Assembly: GCA_965645245.1 (NCBI GenBank)
Contig: OZ287075.1
Coordinates: 1,426,001 to 1,490,000, forward strand
Direction: 5' to 3'
From: Massalongia carnosa
Lineage: Eukaryota
DNA: 64,000 nt
Translations under genes and position numbers: made by a program
The notes under the pieces: generated by a model
Databases searched by the model: none
Told to the model about the DNA's origin: nothing
The model's input: the letters and a program-made list of their open reading frames with translations, nothing else
Part shown: piece after piece, positions 48,765 to 62,622 of the stretch
Layout: each line of letters begins with the position of its first letter
How positions within the stretch are numbered: position 1 is the stretch's first letter

Positions 48765-51292
48765 ATGTCTACAGCCTCTAGGGTTACCCCTGGCCCTAGA
48801 CGGCCGAGCGGGAAACCTGTGCGGTTAGATAGCCTCAAGAACCCGCTGCCTCGCCTGCCTCCCCAGCTGAAGAAGCCATCTAGAGCCCAGCGTGCGGCCG
48901 CCAGCAATGAGTGCCCCAATCCAGATTGCCACGATAAAGACGTTGGCGAAGAGGATGGCCAAATGGTATGTCGGGGATGTGGTACGGTCGTCAATGAATC
49001 GAACATGGTTTCTGAAGTTGTCTTTGGAGCCTCGTCTACAGGTGCCAATGTGTTGCACGGCGCTTTTGTCGGTGCCGATCAGACCTTTGCCAGACCCGCT
49101 GGGTCTCGTGGAGGAAGAGCCGCCGGTGGCATGGATAGCAGAGAGGTCACCGAGGCGACAGGTGCGCTAGAGGTTAGCATCGATTGAGAACATATAGTCG
49201 CTAACATCGGGATAAGGGCGACGTTACATCAATCAACTGGGTGCAGCCTTGACGATCAGTCAATCTTTGGTCGACTCGGGTATGCAAATCTTCAAACTCG
49301 CTGCGGCAAATAATTTCATTCAAGGACGCCGAACCAAATCGGTGGCTGCTGTCTGTTTGTATATTGCTTGTCGAATTCAAAAAGATACGAACCGGATCAT
49401 GTTGATTGATTTCTCTGATGTATTGATGGTGTGTTGTACATCCTAACATACCTTATGAGAACCTCCTTACTGACGGCTTCGAGCTTAATGTTTTCAAACT
49501 TGGCCGCATTTACAAGGATTTAATCGATGAGCTTCGCATTAACGGCAACGGCTTCACCATACACCCAATTAACCCAGAAGACCTAATACTTCGCTTTGCT
49601 TACCGTCTGGAATTTGGCGACGAGACAATGCGAGTCGCTAATGAGGCCGTCCGAATTGTTCAGCGGATGAACCGCGATTGGATGACCCCTGGACGCAGGC
49701 CAGCTGGAATATGTGGCGCTGCTCTGATATTGGCCGCTCGCATGAACAATTTTCGACGGACCATCCGAGAAATGGTTTATATTGTCAAAGTCACCGAGAC
49801 GACCATTGGTAAGAGACTCGATGAATTCAAAGTCACAGAGAGCAGTGGCTTGACCGTGGAGGAATTCCGCACCATCGATCTCGAGCGCTTTTGCGACCCA
49901 CCAGCATTCTACGAGCAAAAAGGAGACAAGCGCAAGACCCGCAAACGGAAAGTAATAGAAATTGAGGATGGCGATTCTTCCGGTGATGAATCTCAACATG
50001 GCACCTCATCTAATCTCTCGAATGGAGCACGGCAAACCAGGAAATCCAAAAAGCAAGCTTTGGCTGATAGTCGGACTATGCCACCACCACCCATTCCCAT
50101 CGACCCTGCCTTACTCCAAGTTTCCGCCCAACGTCTCTCTGAGCTCCAGCCATCCTTGTCCCAGGAACCTGTCGCCTCGATAGCAAGATCGACAACCAAG
50201 AAGAAGCGTGGCCGGCCAAGAAAAGTCCCCAAACCGCCCCCCTCATCTGCCGAACCCGATGTATCCCCAGAAGTAGACTTAACCTCCCTCATCACCGCCC
50301 CCTTTACATTTGCGTCTGCCACAGCCCTTCAACGCACCCTTTCATCTCCAACCCCTGGTTCAGCTACTATTGAGGCTAACGAACCCCTCACCAATAAGCC
50401 AAACCTCCCAGCGGCACCCCCTAAACCCAGCCGAACCGTCCCCTCCGGGCCCGAAATCTCTGACTCCGAGTTCGCCTCTGACCTGGAAGTGGAAAACTGT
50501 CTCCTCACTCCCGCCGAAGTTGAGATCAAAGAACGTATTTGGACGCACGAAAACGCCGACTATCTACGCACGCAACAAGCCAAGCTCCTCAAGCAGCAAA
50601 TAGCCGAAGCCAACGGCACCGCGCGCGCCATTGTCAAGCGCACCCGCCGCCGCGGTCGCATGGGCGACATGAGCGCCTACCGTGATGGTGATAACGACGA
50701 CGACGACGGCGAAGGCGTCGCGAGCACCCCGGGCGAAGCGGCCATAAAGATGCTGAAAAAGCGCGGCTACAGCAAGAAAATCAACTACGAGACCCTGAAG
50801 AAGCTTTACGAACCTAGCACGCCGTCGACCGCCAAAACGGCCTCCAATGCCACTTCCACGGCTGGGGGCAGCCGGCGCCCCAGCGACGCTGCGGTACAGT
50901 CTGTATCTTCATCGTCTCCAGCGCCATCTTCAGTACACCTAGCCATTGACATCACCAGTCCGAGCCCCAGCCGTAGCCCCAGCTGCTCCCCTTCCGCCGC
51001 TCCTGCCATACAAGCAGCAATAACCAATTCAGCCCCCCCCCCACCCCAGCCTTCAGTCATCTCCGCAGCCGTTACAACTAATCCACTCGTCAATGCCGAC
51101 GCCAACGACGACGACGAGCACGAAGAGGGCGATCCGGACTTCTGGGTCGAGGGCGAGCTGGAAGGTATCCAGGAGGCTATTGAGGGCCATTTGGCCGCGG
51201 ATGAGGAGGAAGAGGAGGATGACGATGACGATGATTTGGCAGCGGTGGAGGAGGAGGAGTTCGATTATGGGGGCGAGGAAGAGTATGATTAA
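48765..51292 (+). CDS. BRF1: TFIIIB subunit Brf1 (multi-exon)
   Basis: Zn ribbon CPNPDC...CRGCG; cyclin repeats NFIQGRRT..VAAVCLYIACR and DWMTPGRRPAGICGAALILAARMNNFRRT; C-terminal blocks KERIWTHEN and SKKINY. Confidence 0.94.
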
Positions 51293-51727
51293 TTCCGGAG
51301 GGGGGGTTGTATTTGGGGATGGGAAGAAAAGGAGGGCGCGACTTTTCGAAATCCATACACTTCGCACATCTGACTTCATGCCATCCTTAACACGATATTA
51401 CGATATTTTCCACTATCCGTCCTAACCCATCAGCAAAAGAACGGTTTGCGCAGACCCCGGTATCTACGGTCCTCTGCGTAAATCAACCCAAACTAACCCT
51501 TCGACCCCTTTCGAGATTAATCGAAATCCATACCGAATTCTCTCCTTTCCCTTCCCCTGCATGTGAATCCTCTCAAAATCACACGATAAAGGATCCCATC
51601 CCTTCTTTCCCTCGCCAGCTCTTGGGCGCTTCCTCCTAGCTAGCCAACCAACCCAGCCTAACCCCCCTCTCCTTGCGTGGAAGGAATTACATAAAGTAGG
51701 GAAAAGCATTCCACCCCACCAACCTGC

Positions 51728-54459
51728 TTAACCATCACTGCCGCTAGAGCGGAACGTGGCGCACAGCTCGACGTAGCGATGTGTAAGGTCGAGCACAGAC
51801 TGCGGCAAACTGGTGGCCTGCACGATGCTGCGCACCTTGACCGCGCCCTCACTCTCGATCAGCTTGCGCACGATGCGCAAAAGGGCGGGGGAAAACTGGA
51901 GGGAGGAAATCGCGCGCGTGTTTTGTGGTTAGCCCTTTCAACACAAAGATAAAAACTAGGGAAAAGAAAGAGGGTAGAGGTGTGGGAGGGAGAGAGAGAT
52001 AGTGCAACGAACCTCGGAATACCACCGATACTGCCAAGCAATCAAGCGGATGAGTGCCTGCAACATCGCCGTGTAGCGTCCCTGACGCTCATACAACCCC
52101 AGCACGCCCCTCATAGCCTTAGGCGAAAATCGCACTCGTAAACACGCCTGATAAGCCTCTACGGCCTCGGGAAAATGATGCAGGCGCTCGGCCAGCTCCC
52201 CTAGGATTTCCCACTCCTCGGCGGATTTTTGGTGCTCCGCACCGGCGCTGTCGTTGCCTTGCTTAGCAAGTGCGGTGCGCCAGATGGTGTAGATGCGGAG
52301 GTCTTCGTAAAGGACCATGAAGAGGTTGTCGAGCCAGCGTTCGCAAAGGCGCTTATTGTGGAATTGGGTGTAAGTTGGTCGAGTAGGGGAGGACTGTTTG
52401 GTAGGTCAGAGAAAGTGGAGGAAGTTTAGCTTCGGGGAGAAAGTGTGGGTTGAGAAAGGGACTCACGTCGTCGTTACCGGCTTTTACAACTTCTGAGGTT
52501 ATGATGTGTTCGGGTTTTTCGATCGATTGTTCTGCGAGAAGAGTTGAACGGTTGCTGGAAATGCCATCGGCTTCCGTTGGGGAGATAGGTGATGATTGAT
52601 CATCGTCATCGATGTATTCATCGCCGTTCTTTTGTCTCTCTGCACCTTGGCCATTCACCTTCGGGCTTGGAGTACCACGCAAGGCGGTAGTACTTGCGTT
52701 GTAATCTGAAGAGGATTGATGGTGGTTTCCCCCGGTCTGCTTCTCACTCCTGTATTCCTCTTCCATAACAAAAACCTGACTTCTCACCCGAAGAAGTTGG
52801 TCCCATCCGATCTTCGCTGTGACCTCCGTCAGTAAGCTATACGCTTTCAGAAACGTGCCTTTGTAGCCCGCAGCGTGCAATTTCCGCAAGGATGGATGAA
52901 CCAGATCAATATCATAAGATTGCTGGGTATCATCTAGTTCGTCGAGCATGCTTTCTGGCATTACGGGAAGTAGGACGCGAGCTGGTTCCGGCATTCGAGG
53001 CGCATCTTTATCCTGGTAAGTAAACATCGGACACGAGTTCAGGGTCAGAAGGGCCAGATCCCATTGCTCCAGAGCAACGTAGATTTCCGCAAGTTTCGCC
53101 CAAGTGCCAAACTCACTTGGCGCAGCCGTCACGCTGCGCTTTGCACATTCCAACGCCCAATCCAGGCGCCCTTTACTCTGACAGAACGTAGATTGGCAAC
53201 TAAGGAGGGAGTAATCCATTGGTATTTGTTCGATTGCTTCATGCAATAGTTGAACAGCTTGTACTTCTTCGTCGGCGGCTATGAGAACGCGCGCAAGGAG
53301 GGAAGATATCTCAACATCTCGTGTGCGAAGCTTTTCGAATAAATTTATACCTGAAGCATATCGTCCTGTTGTATGTATGTAGTTGAGAAGTCCGGTGGTA
53401 AGATGGTTAGAGACAAGGTTAGGGACCTGGATTTCTGGTTCGGAGCCAAGCTGCCATCCTGTATCCAAAATCAGATTTGTCGACAGACTCAGGGAATTAT
53501 TTCATATGGACCTTTGAAAAACAGTCTTTCCGCAGCATCTAGGAACTTATGCTCTACGTCCGTGCTAGTGATCGGATCAAACCTGCGAACACCAATGATC
53601 TTCTTGATTGTATCACCGCTACCATCGTCTGCGTAGGCATACGCTCTCAAAACTCCGCAAAGGAACGTCTCCAGCCACAGACCCTCTGATGCCACGCGCT
53701 TTTCACCTCGTTCATCAATGCAGTAACTCTCCAAAGTACCAGGTATTTTAACATCTACACGCATGTCTAATCGCGAAAAAGCGTTGTAACAGCTGACGTA
53801 AGTTATTCCCGCGCCTCTCCGTTAGAATTGCATTGCTCACCAGTACAGCCCCGAGACAACTTTGTTTGTTTTGTCATTGGGAAGGTAGGTAAGAGTATTG
53901 ACGTAGGCAGCTAAGCTTGCGGAAGACGACGCATCGACACCAGTGACATGGTGATAGACGCCGGTCTAAGCTGCCTCGTTAACGACATCGTCTACCACGT
54001 CATTCCGCTTGAGCGACGTACCTGACGACCTCCAGACTTGACGGACTGTTTGACGAGGTGTACGAGGTCTGGCGGCCCAAGCTCACGCAGAGCCTGTAGC
54101 GACTCATTGCGGCTTTCAATTGCAGATTCAATTTCTTCCTCAATGATCCTATAATAAGAATCATTAGCTCTGTGACTTCGCTGGTGGTGCTATGCGCATA
54201 GAAGAATATCCGGTAATGCTTCATCAGAAATAGTGATAGTTAGCAATGTCTTTGCGGGTGCCGTGGCAGAGGAGCAACTGAACCAGCGATACTGCTCACA
54301 TAAACCTTTCAGGCTCTAAAGCATTTTCTTTACTGGGCTAAAAATCAAGTAATTACACTGCCGCCGTCTGAAAATACTGATGATCATCTTAGGCACCTGG
54401 AGGGCCCGATGAAAAACTAAGAAAAATCATTCTTACTCTGGGACAGCGGGCGCAAGCAT
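51728..54459 (-). CDS. Exomer cargo-adaptor, ChAPs family (Bud7/Bch1/Chs6-like; multi-exon)
   Basis: MLAPAVPE, LRELGPPDL, YHHVTGVDASSSASLAAY, ALLTLNSCPM, FVMEEEYR, KRLCERWLDNLFMVLYEDLR and EWEILG; last exon ends ...SSGSDG-TAA at 51728. Confidence 0.9.
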
Positions 54460-55031
54460 GTTGCTCTGAAACCGCCTGGTTTGTATGAGAGCCTTGGGGA
54501 ATTCAAGATGGAGACGAGCTGAATGATACAACCATGTATATTCAGACGCCAATGAAGCTACAGACCAGAAATATCATGCCGCTTGGACAACTTAGATGTT
54601 GACAGTATATCTCATGTTGGGGCAAAAAGGAACGGTGCCAATAGAGCATTGAAGAAGTATTCTAATTCATCCATCACCGAAAAACCTACAGGGTATAGCG
54701 TGATATTGACAGGAAACCTAGGGAAGCTCGGGATCTTATCCGAAATGCTGACTAGTTCTAGAAGCAGCTCAGGGGCTGGTCTAGTTAAGTATCAGCCTCA
54801 GATCACGTGCACATCTAGAGACAATTAATATCACGTGCCTCCGCGCATAGATTCGATTGACCACGACTTCACCCCATAAATACATTCATCAGATATTGAC
54901 GCCCAACCAGGGTTGCCGATGCATCCGGTATTGGGATCTTTTGAAGAGGTATCTAGCATTCTGGAGGATTATAGCAGATGGGCAATCGACTTAATGATAA
55001 TTATTAACATATCTGGAAAGTTGAAAAAAAC

Positions 55032-58000
55032 ATGGTAAAGCTCTTCATCCTGATCGACTGAGAAAATGCTGACAAAATTAAAAGTCAAGCTTCGTTGCTC
55101 TCAATATTGAGCCCGAAGATGATAGCGAAGATGAGATTGATGATAGCAAAGAGATCCAAGTGTGCTACTGCCGTGTCCCTAGCGTGAAATGCAATGAGAC
55201 ATCTAACAGCAGTACAGATCGAAGAGGCGCTGAAACTCTACCAATTCGCGTTAAAACTACATTCTCAGGGACCCGCTTTCTACGATGAAGCAGAAACCGC
55301 TTATCGAAATCTGTTTGCATCGGAAGTCTTTACGTATCCAGAGTCCTTAGTAGAACCCCGACCTCATAAGCTCCTAGGTGGCGCTGAGATTTATGAGGAT
55401 ATCATTGAAGACTCAGCGGTAGCTGCAAGTGCAGCTACAACGCCAGGAAATGATGGCGCTCCCAGTACGCTGCCGCAAGTCCTGTATCTTTCTTACAAAA
55501 ATCACGGTCAATTCTTGCTTGATCGGTTAAAACACCACATCCTTCAAACCTACCGGGGTTACATCCCTGATAATACCAAAATGATAGAAGAACTTGACGA
55601 CCTCTCGAGTGCTACATCATCAAGCTTGCGCCTTTTTACTGAGGCCCTTGATAGGGATGAAACAGATCTAGAGCTATGGAGGCAAGTCTCAAGGATTGGC
55701 GAGTTTCTAGGTAGTAAAAGAATCGCAAAATTCTGCTTAGAAGCTGTGTTAGATACAGATAGGGTTATTTCAGATGCCTGGACTGAGCCACTAAACCTTG
55801 ATCAGATTTTTGCAACAGAGCAGCTAAGAGATTTACTTGAAGAAATGCAGGACTATCAATCGGAATCTTCATTATCAGCCTCACCGAAGAAATATGGAGA
55901 TTTGCTCAAAGGTTTCATGAAGAATTTGAATCTTTACCCTTTTCTTCCATCGCCTCGACAATATCGCCTCGCTGAACTCACTTCGCAAAGACTAACAGGA
56001 CTCCATGTGGAGGCGCAGGAGATTCAAGTACCCCATCGAACATGGGCCAGTTGTGGACAATCAATACTATTTCATCTCAGTCAAAAGGCTCAAGGCCTTG
56101 CTGAACCACCGGCTGGAGCGAGGTATTCACTCGTGCTTCCCTCAAAGCATGGATCGACTGGTGCGAACGTGCGGGCAAAGCCAAGAAAAAGAGGTAAGGG
56201 TTCTCTATGCGATAGCTTGGGCGAAGGCCCACCAACGGTAGATAATCAGATGGAAAGGTCAAATGGACCTTTAGATAGCCCCGTTGAATTTATGGTCAAC
56301 CCAGAACTGGATCCTGCTAAAGCAACAGCTTGCAACGGTCAGTTCCAGCATAATCACTCATCGGGTCTGTCGCGAGAGGCTGTCAAGCCTGCTCTACTGG
56401 ATGGCAAAGAGCGCGAAATTTTAGAAATAGGGGCTCCAACTATTGAAGCAGAAGCTCATACCGCCAGAGCTATAGAAGTTGGTAGCCAGCCACCTAGTCC
56501 AGTCGAAACGTCTAAAACAGGGGAACCGTTGTCGCTGCCAACCCGGAAAAGATCATCCGATTCGGCAGGCCTACAAGATAATGTAGACAGTGGAAGAACA
56601 AAAAGCAAGCGAATCAAGGCTCGAGGCTCGCTGAACGAAATTCTTAGTAAAGAGGCATCGCTAGAGGATAAGGCGCAATATTACAAAGACCAGCTGCAAG
56701 TTTACACCCAAGCCGATCATTGGCTATTTGAGGTATTTGGAGGCATTTTAGCCAAAGCCGGTATAGAATCTCTTAGATCCTTAGCTACTCTTCGGGAAGC
56801 TTTATCAACACCATATTACAGAGATATCTCGGCTTGTGCGAACTTCCCCCCGAGTTTAGAAGATGTTGCGGCTCAAGACTTAAACAATATACTCAATACT
56901 TGGGATATGGAAAAGAGTTGTATGTTCTTACAAGGCGATAGCCTTGATGAGCCGGTTATGAGCACGAGTGGTCCACGAAATTCGGGACTGACCGTGTTCC
57001 TGGAACATTCGAAGAGAGGCTCGCAAATAGCCTCCCAACGGCCACATCTGTCTGACGACCATGGATTGCAAGAATTTGCCGAAGCCACTTCTCAAAGCTG
57101 GACGTTTCTAGATCAACTCTCCTTGAGGTGGATAGGAGCACTCCTAAGCCCGAGGCCAAGGAAAGAAGATCCTGCTGTGCTTCTACCCTCCATGTATGAG
57201 GCATACCTCTGGTCCGATAAGTTGAAGGAGACGGTCGTACAAGTTCTTGTTACTCAAGATGAGTTCATTTATTCATCGCTATCTAGTAGAACAAAAAGTC
57301 TGTATCAAGATTTGCAGGACAATCGTAGTCCGAATAATCGTACAGGGCTCCAAAGAACCGCACAAGACCTCATTGAGACAGTGCAGAATATCTTTGAGCT
57401 ACATCTTGATATTTACGGCCGGATAACAAACCCAAGCAGCGAGGTGGATTTTGAAACCCGGGCTCTGCAACTTGATCGGCTTGGCCGTTGGGCAGCGCTT
57501 GCTAGCGATGTGATCAATACCAGGACTTATCTGGATGCTGATTCGGACAAACAAGACAGCCTCTCAATTCGGTTCTTATGGTCATCAGTCTTATTCACGA
57601 GTCTTATCGATCCAGCATCCCGTGATCATATAGTTGCTTGTTTCCGGGATCTGAAAGGTGTTCTAGAAGCCTCAGGTAATCCAAGGATCGAGGTGCAAAA
57701 TAACGCCATTATGCCGGAAATCTCTATTGAAGCTGCCGAGAGAGAAATCACAAGGTTAACGACGATGGATTTCTTCCTCAGTGTGTTCAACTCCGAAAAA
57801 AGTCATCCATTGACAGTGATTGAGAGCTTGGAGCCAATACTTGAACGATCTATTAGAAAGACAAAAACGCTAATAGATAATGGTCCAAGAATGTCTGATA
57901 CGAAACCAGGCGATCTTTCGGAAACCGAGGAAGCAATTCTGAGAGGCAACGGTATCGATACTTCACTAACGGGCTTTCCCAATTCCAGAATGGAGCAGAT

Positions 58001-61000
58001 GTTGCAATTTCTTGATCGTGCGAGTGTCTCTCTTAAGCTCTTCCTGTGGCGGAAGCTTGGAGACGCTTATGAAGCCATCGATTACCCCCCCCAAGTGCTA
58101 TCTTGTAGCCTCCGAAGTATTCAAATGATAATGGAATACCTGCAATCGACTTCATTTATCACTAGCGCTAGTCAAAATCGGCAGTTGAGCCTTGTCCGTT
58201 GGCTACGAACCTTGGATAACTTAACCACGAAAGCACTAGGACTTGTCCTTTACCAACCCCAGTTTTTCGACTTTGTGGATGAAACACACCTGAAATCTTC
58301 CATAGCAGCTTTGGCTGCGCTTCAGAGGATTCTGTATGTTTTCGTGTTTTGGGAAGATTCTATTCGGGTCGGACGGACACGGCTCCCCACTCAAAGCAAT
58401 AGTCCTGCCACCACAGCCTACAACACCGTTCTTATCAAATTTCGTGATATGCTTGTGAGGGTATGGACACTGCAATACACTCTACTCAAAGAAGCGGCGA
58501 CTCAGAAAGTCGATTTCTCCGTTATCCTTAATGAGGAGTTGCTAGACTATTTGAAGCTGGTTCATCACGCATTAGGGCTGCGCAGCTATTGCAAGTTCTC
58601 CAACAAGATCTTTCTTAAATGCATGAAGGCAGAGCTCCTGCGATTAGATCACTCTGAGAGCTCAGAAAATGACCTGGCCCAGCTTATCTTCGATCTCCAC
58701 GGGGTGAAAATTAGCCCAAATCCAGCCAATATAGAAGACCATGGCTGCCCTTCAGCGCCTCTTGACCGGGAGACTGCCGTAGAGATTCTGGACTTGTTTA
58801 TGAATCAAGTTAGGAAAATCAACCTCAAAGATATTATTAAGAGCGAGCTGAGAGCCACGATTGACAAGATGCAACAAGCAATCAAGGTGCCAAAGCCTAC
58901 ACCTTCTATGACTTTCAACAGGCGGCTTTTCAACAATTTCATCAAATCGCCAATCAAACCCATGGACTTATACCGCTCGTTGCGAGGCATTGGTGATTTA
59001 TGTGGCGCATTAGTGACGAGCGAAAGCTCTGCTGTGGCTGACAAAGGATGGTATTTTCTGGTCGGACATCTTGCTTTGATCAAATTCCGGTCACAGAAAC
59101 GATCAAATTCTGGGCCAATGGATGATCTAGATATAGCAAGCGCTTTCTTCAGGCAAGAATTTGAATTAGGGTTGGAAAAATGGGAGACGTGGTATAGGCT
59201 CGCCCAAGTGTATGATTCCAAAATTGAGGAAGACGTAGCTTGGAATGCAGAGAAACTGAACAACAAAATGGAAGATTTGAAAGGTCTCCAGCGAAGCGGA
59301 ATAAACTGCTATACCATGGCCGTCGCCATTGCAACGCGGAGTGCTGATACATCGTTTGAAACAGCGAGCAAGATCTCTGACCTTTATACGGATTTCGCTA
59401 TGCGGATATATGCCTCCTCAAGAGAACCCTTTTCAATGCAGGCTTTTAGCCTAGTGGATTTTTCAAAAGACTTTAATGGCCAGACGAGGGGCATGTATAA
59501 AGATTTACCTTTTCGAGAACTGGGTCTCTACTCTGCCTGGAGATTCGCCTGTACCTTGCTCCGTCGAGCATCCGTCCACAAGTCGCAGAGCTGGATGTAA
59601 GCATGGAAAAACATTGGAGTTCGTTTGACAGAACTATGACGCTAATTTTTCCCTAGGAATTCCTATATGCTCGGTAAATGTTTATGGAAAATGTATAACT
59701 GTAGCGCGGAGGTGAGAGGCAGAGCTCCGAAAATTGGGTTTGTCCACGCCCTTGAAGCGTTCACCCGGGCGATTAAGCTTCTACCCGAACGTCGAGATAA
59801 CAGACATCCGGAGAAGCAACCTACATTGGAACCGCATTATAAATTGGTTTCGGTTATACACAAATTAGTGCAGGCTAGGCGACTCAGGGTATGCTTTAGT
59901 CCGCTTAATTTTTTATGACGATTCTGATATAAGCCATAGCCTGAGACAGGTTGCGAATATCTGAAGGCGACAAGCTACTCACGCAAAATTCCTCCGGTGC
60001 AGGATTTGGAAGAGTGGGAAGGCTACCTTATACGTATCTTGAGAGCTCTTAGATCCGCTGACAAGGCAAACTGGCACCATCGAATGGTAGCTAGGGTGGG
60101 TCTTCCGACCAGCGATTACAAAGAGCAGCATTTGACATTATACAGGCGGCCCATGCCATTTATGATGATTCTCCTACCGATATTATGGCAGCTTTGGGTG
60201 CGAAACATGAGCTAACGCAACAGATCTTTACGAAGACAATGCAAATCCAAGTCTGGAGACCTGATAACGAGCGCGCCGGTAGACACTTTGTCTACACCAG
60301 CCGTTACGTCAACTTCTTTATTAGACTCCTTGATCAACTGAACGATCGAACCAGCATGGAAGCACTCGCGAAACGAAACCGGAAAAGATCTGGGGATTTC
60401 TTTAACCATACCAAAGTCTGGGAAAGCGTCTGCATGGCCTATCTAAAAGTAAGTATCCCTACACCAAAGTCAACTTCAAATGACCTACTAACCACGCCCC
60501 ATTCTTCTCGCAGCTTCTCCGCAGACAAGGTCCTATCCTTGAAAACCACGAAGACCTCATCTTCAAGACTCTCTCGCCCGAAACCTTTCATACCAATACC
60601 GCCCGCCTTGAAACCTGGGCTCATTCCACGCCTCCACCCACCTCCCCCCTTCTCGACCTCCTACGCGAAACCATCGAGCTGAAGCGACTCAACGGCACCC
60701 TTATGAAACCGGGCCCGATCGAAGACCTGATTGGCGACATCTACGCTCTGCTCTACGACACCATTGTCCCGGACCTTGTTGCCCGGTCCGCCACAGAGGA
60801 AAATCGCTCTCGTATGCGTGTTGATCACGTTCTCATGAGCAGTAGCAGCAATTTTAGCAATAACCCCTACGCCCCGACCAATCCACCACCATCTTTGCTC
60901 CTTCCGCCTGCAGACGCTGAGATCGCCGGTCTCATCCCGGTAACTACCATCATCACCAAGCCCCGCGCAAAAGGCATCAACCGTCGCGAAATCCAGCGTA

Positions 61001-61476
61001 AAGCCGAAAACCTTGCTACTACCAAACCGCTCCCCCTTCAACCTCCTTCCTCTTCCTCCGCCTCCGCCACCGCTATCGCAAATAAACCGGGCAACAACAG
61101 TACTACGAAGATTCTCACAGCAGTCGCCATTCCTTCGGGATATCCTGATCCGCAGCTCCTTGCCGTGAGGGAAGATCCTGTAGGGAGGGAGGGTAGTAGT
61201 GTCCCTGGAAGCTTGCACGACAGCGCGGACGATGAGAGCGAGTTGAGCGAGGTTGGGGAAGGTGAGGGTGAGGGAAAGGGTGTAGAGTGTAGGGGAGAAG
61301 AGGAGGAGGAGGAAGAAGAAGACGCGGCAGAGGAAGGAAAGGATAGGGGGAAGAGCGGCAGGGTTATGTTTCCTGGATTGCTGGTTCGCGGAGGGGAGGA
61401 GACCGGTAAGAGAGAGGAGGAGGGAGTTGTAGACGGAGAAGGGGATGGCGGTGGTGGTGGGGATAGGAACGAGTGA
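55032..61476 (+). CDS. HIR3: HIR complex subunit Hir3 (histone transcription regulator 3; multi-exon)
   Basis: ATG micro-exon, then SSFVALNIEP...DDSKEIQ and IEEALKLYQ.ALKLH; LEPHYKLVS, DKANWHHRM and VWRPDNERAGRHFVYT motifs; acidic C-terminus. Confidence 0.9.
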
Positions 61477-62622
61477 TGATCATGATGAAAGGCGGCTTTT
61501 GGGGACCTTTTTGGAGGACTGAGCGTACGTATACCCACCCCGTACACAGATCGGTTCAACCTACGGATGGGGATTTATGTTGGGGGTTTTTAAGGGGAAT
61601 TGGTTTAAATACTGTAGGTGGTGCTCAGGGAGGTATCGTTTCCCGCCAGCGAGTGGGAATTCTCACCATGGGGGTGGCTCAAACTACGAGTACCTATGTA
61701 TCATACCGTGTTATATTTATATTATACCATAACCTAACCCAATCATCATGACTTAACCCATCCATCTGAGAAGGGAAAAAAAGTAAAGAGCCAGCCGACC
61801 AAACGAAGCTGGCTTGGATTTGTAGGCCTATACCACTCAAGAGAATCGTAGCTTCTTGCCGCCAAAAAAGTATTTACCGGGTCACACCAGGGCTTCCTGA
61901 ATATGTCACACCCGCCCTTAGGGAATTAAACCTCCAACCAAGCAGGTACGGCACGTCTAGCAATCGCTTCAATATTAGCGGTTGGCTTGCATGACCACTA
62001 GACCACCTTATCAGTCTATTGATGGTGGAGAATTTTGCTCTGTTATATATCTTATATCGTCTCGAGGTAGTCGTTGGTTTTATGCTTCAAAACACCATAG
62101 TTGAGCATTTAGGGATCTTGGAATAGTTGCTGTTTCTTTTTCGGGGGTTTTTTTTAAAAAAAAATCTTTCGATTTAACCAGGCATATGCATGAATACATA
62201 CATACAAACCTATTCTGGGAATCCACCTACCTGACCTTCTCCCCGTGGTAAGAAGATGCTTTGCTTGGATGGTTTGGTTGACCGATCGATCGATCTGGGT
62301 TAGTTACTCTATAGAGAGGAGTTATTTCATTAGGGATTCTTGTGCAACCTGCCTGCCTGCCTCCCTGTCTGCCGTCTACGATTTTGTAGCTGGGCACGGA
62401 GTTGTGTAGGGAGTGGATTAGCATTGAGATTAATATATGCTTTTGCTCCTGGCAGGCGGGAAGGTGAGATGGTGTTCGCGTAGATTGTACTATGGAGATG
62501 CGAGATTATGATGCTAAGACGCACAAGCATGGGTAGAAATCCTCCTCATCTCTACCCCTTTCCTTCCCACCCCCCAACCCACACCCGTAACCTTTGCCGC
62601 CTAAACCCCATCACTACTCCAG

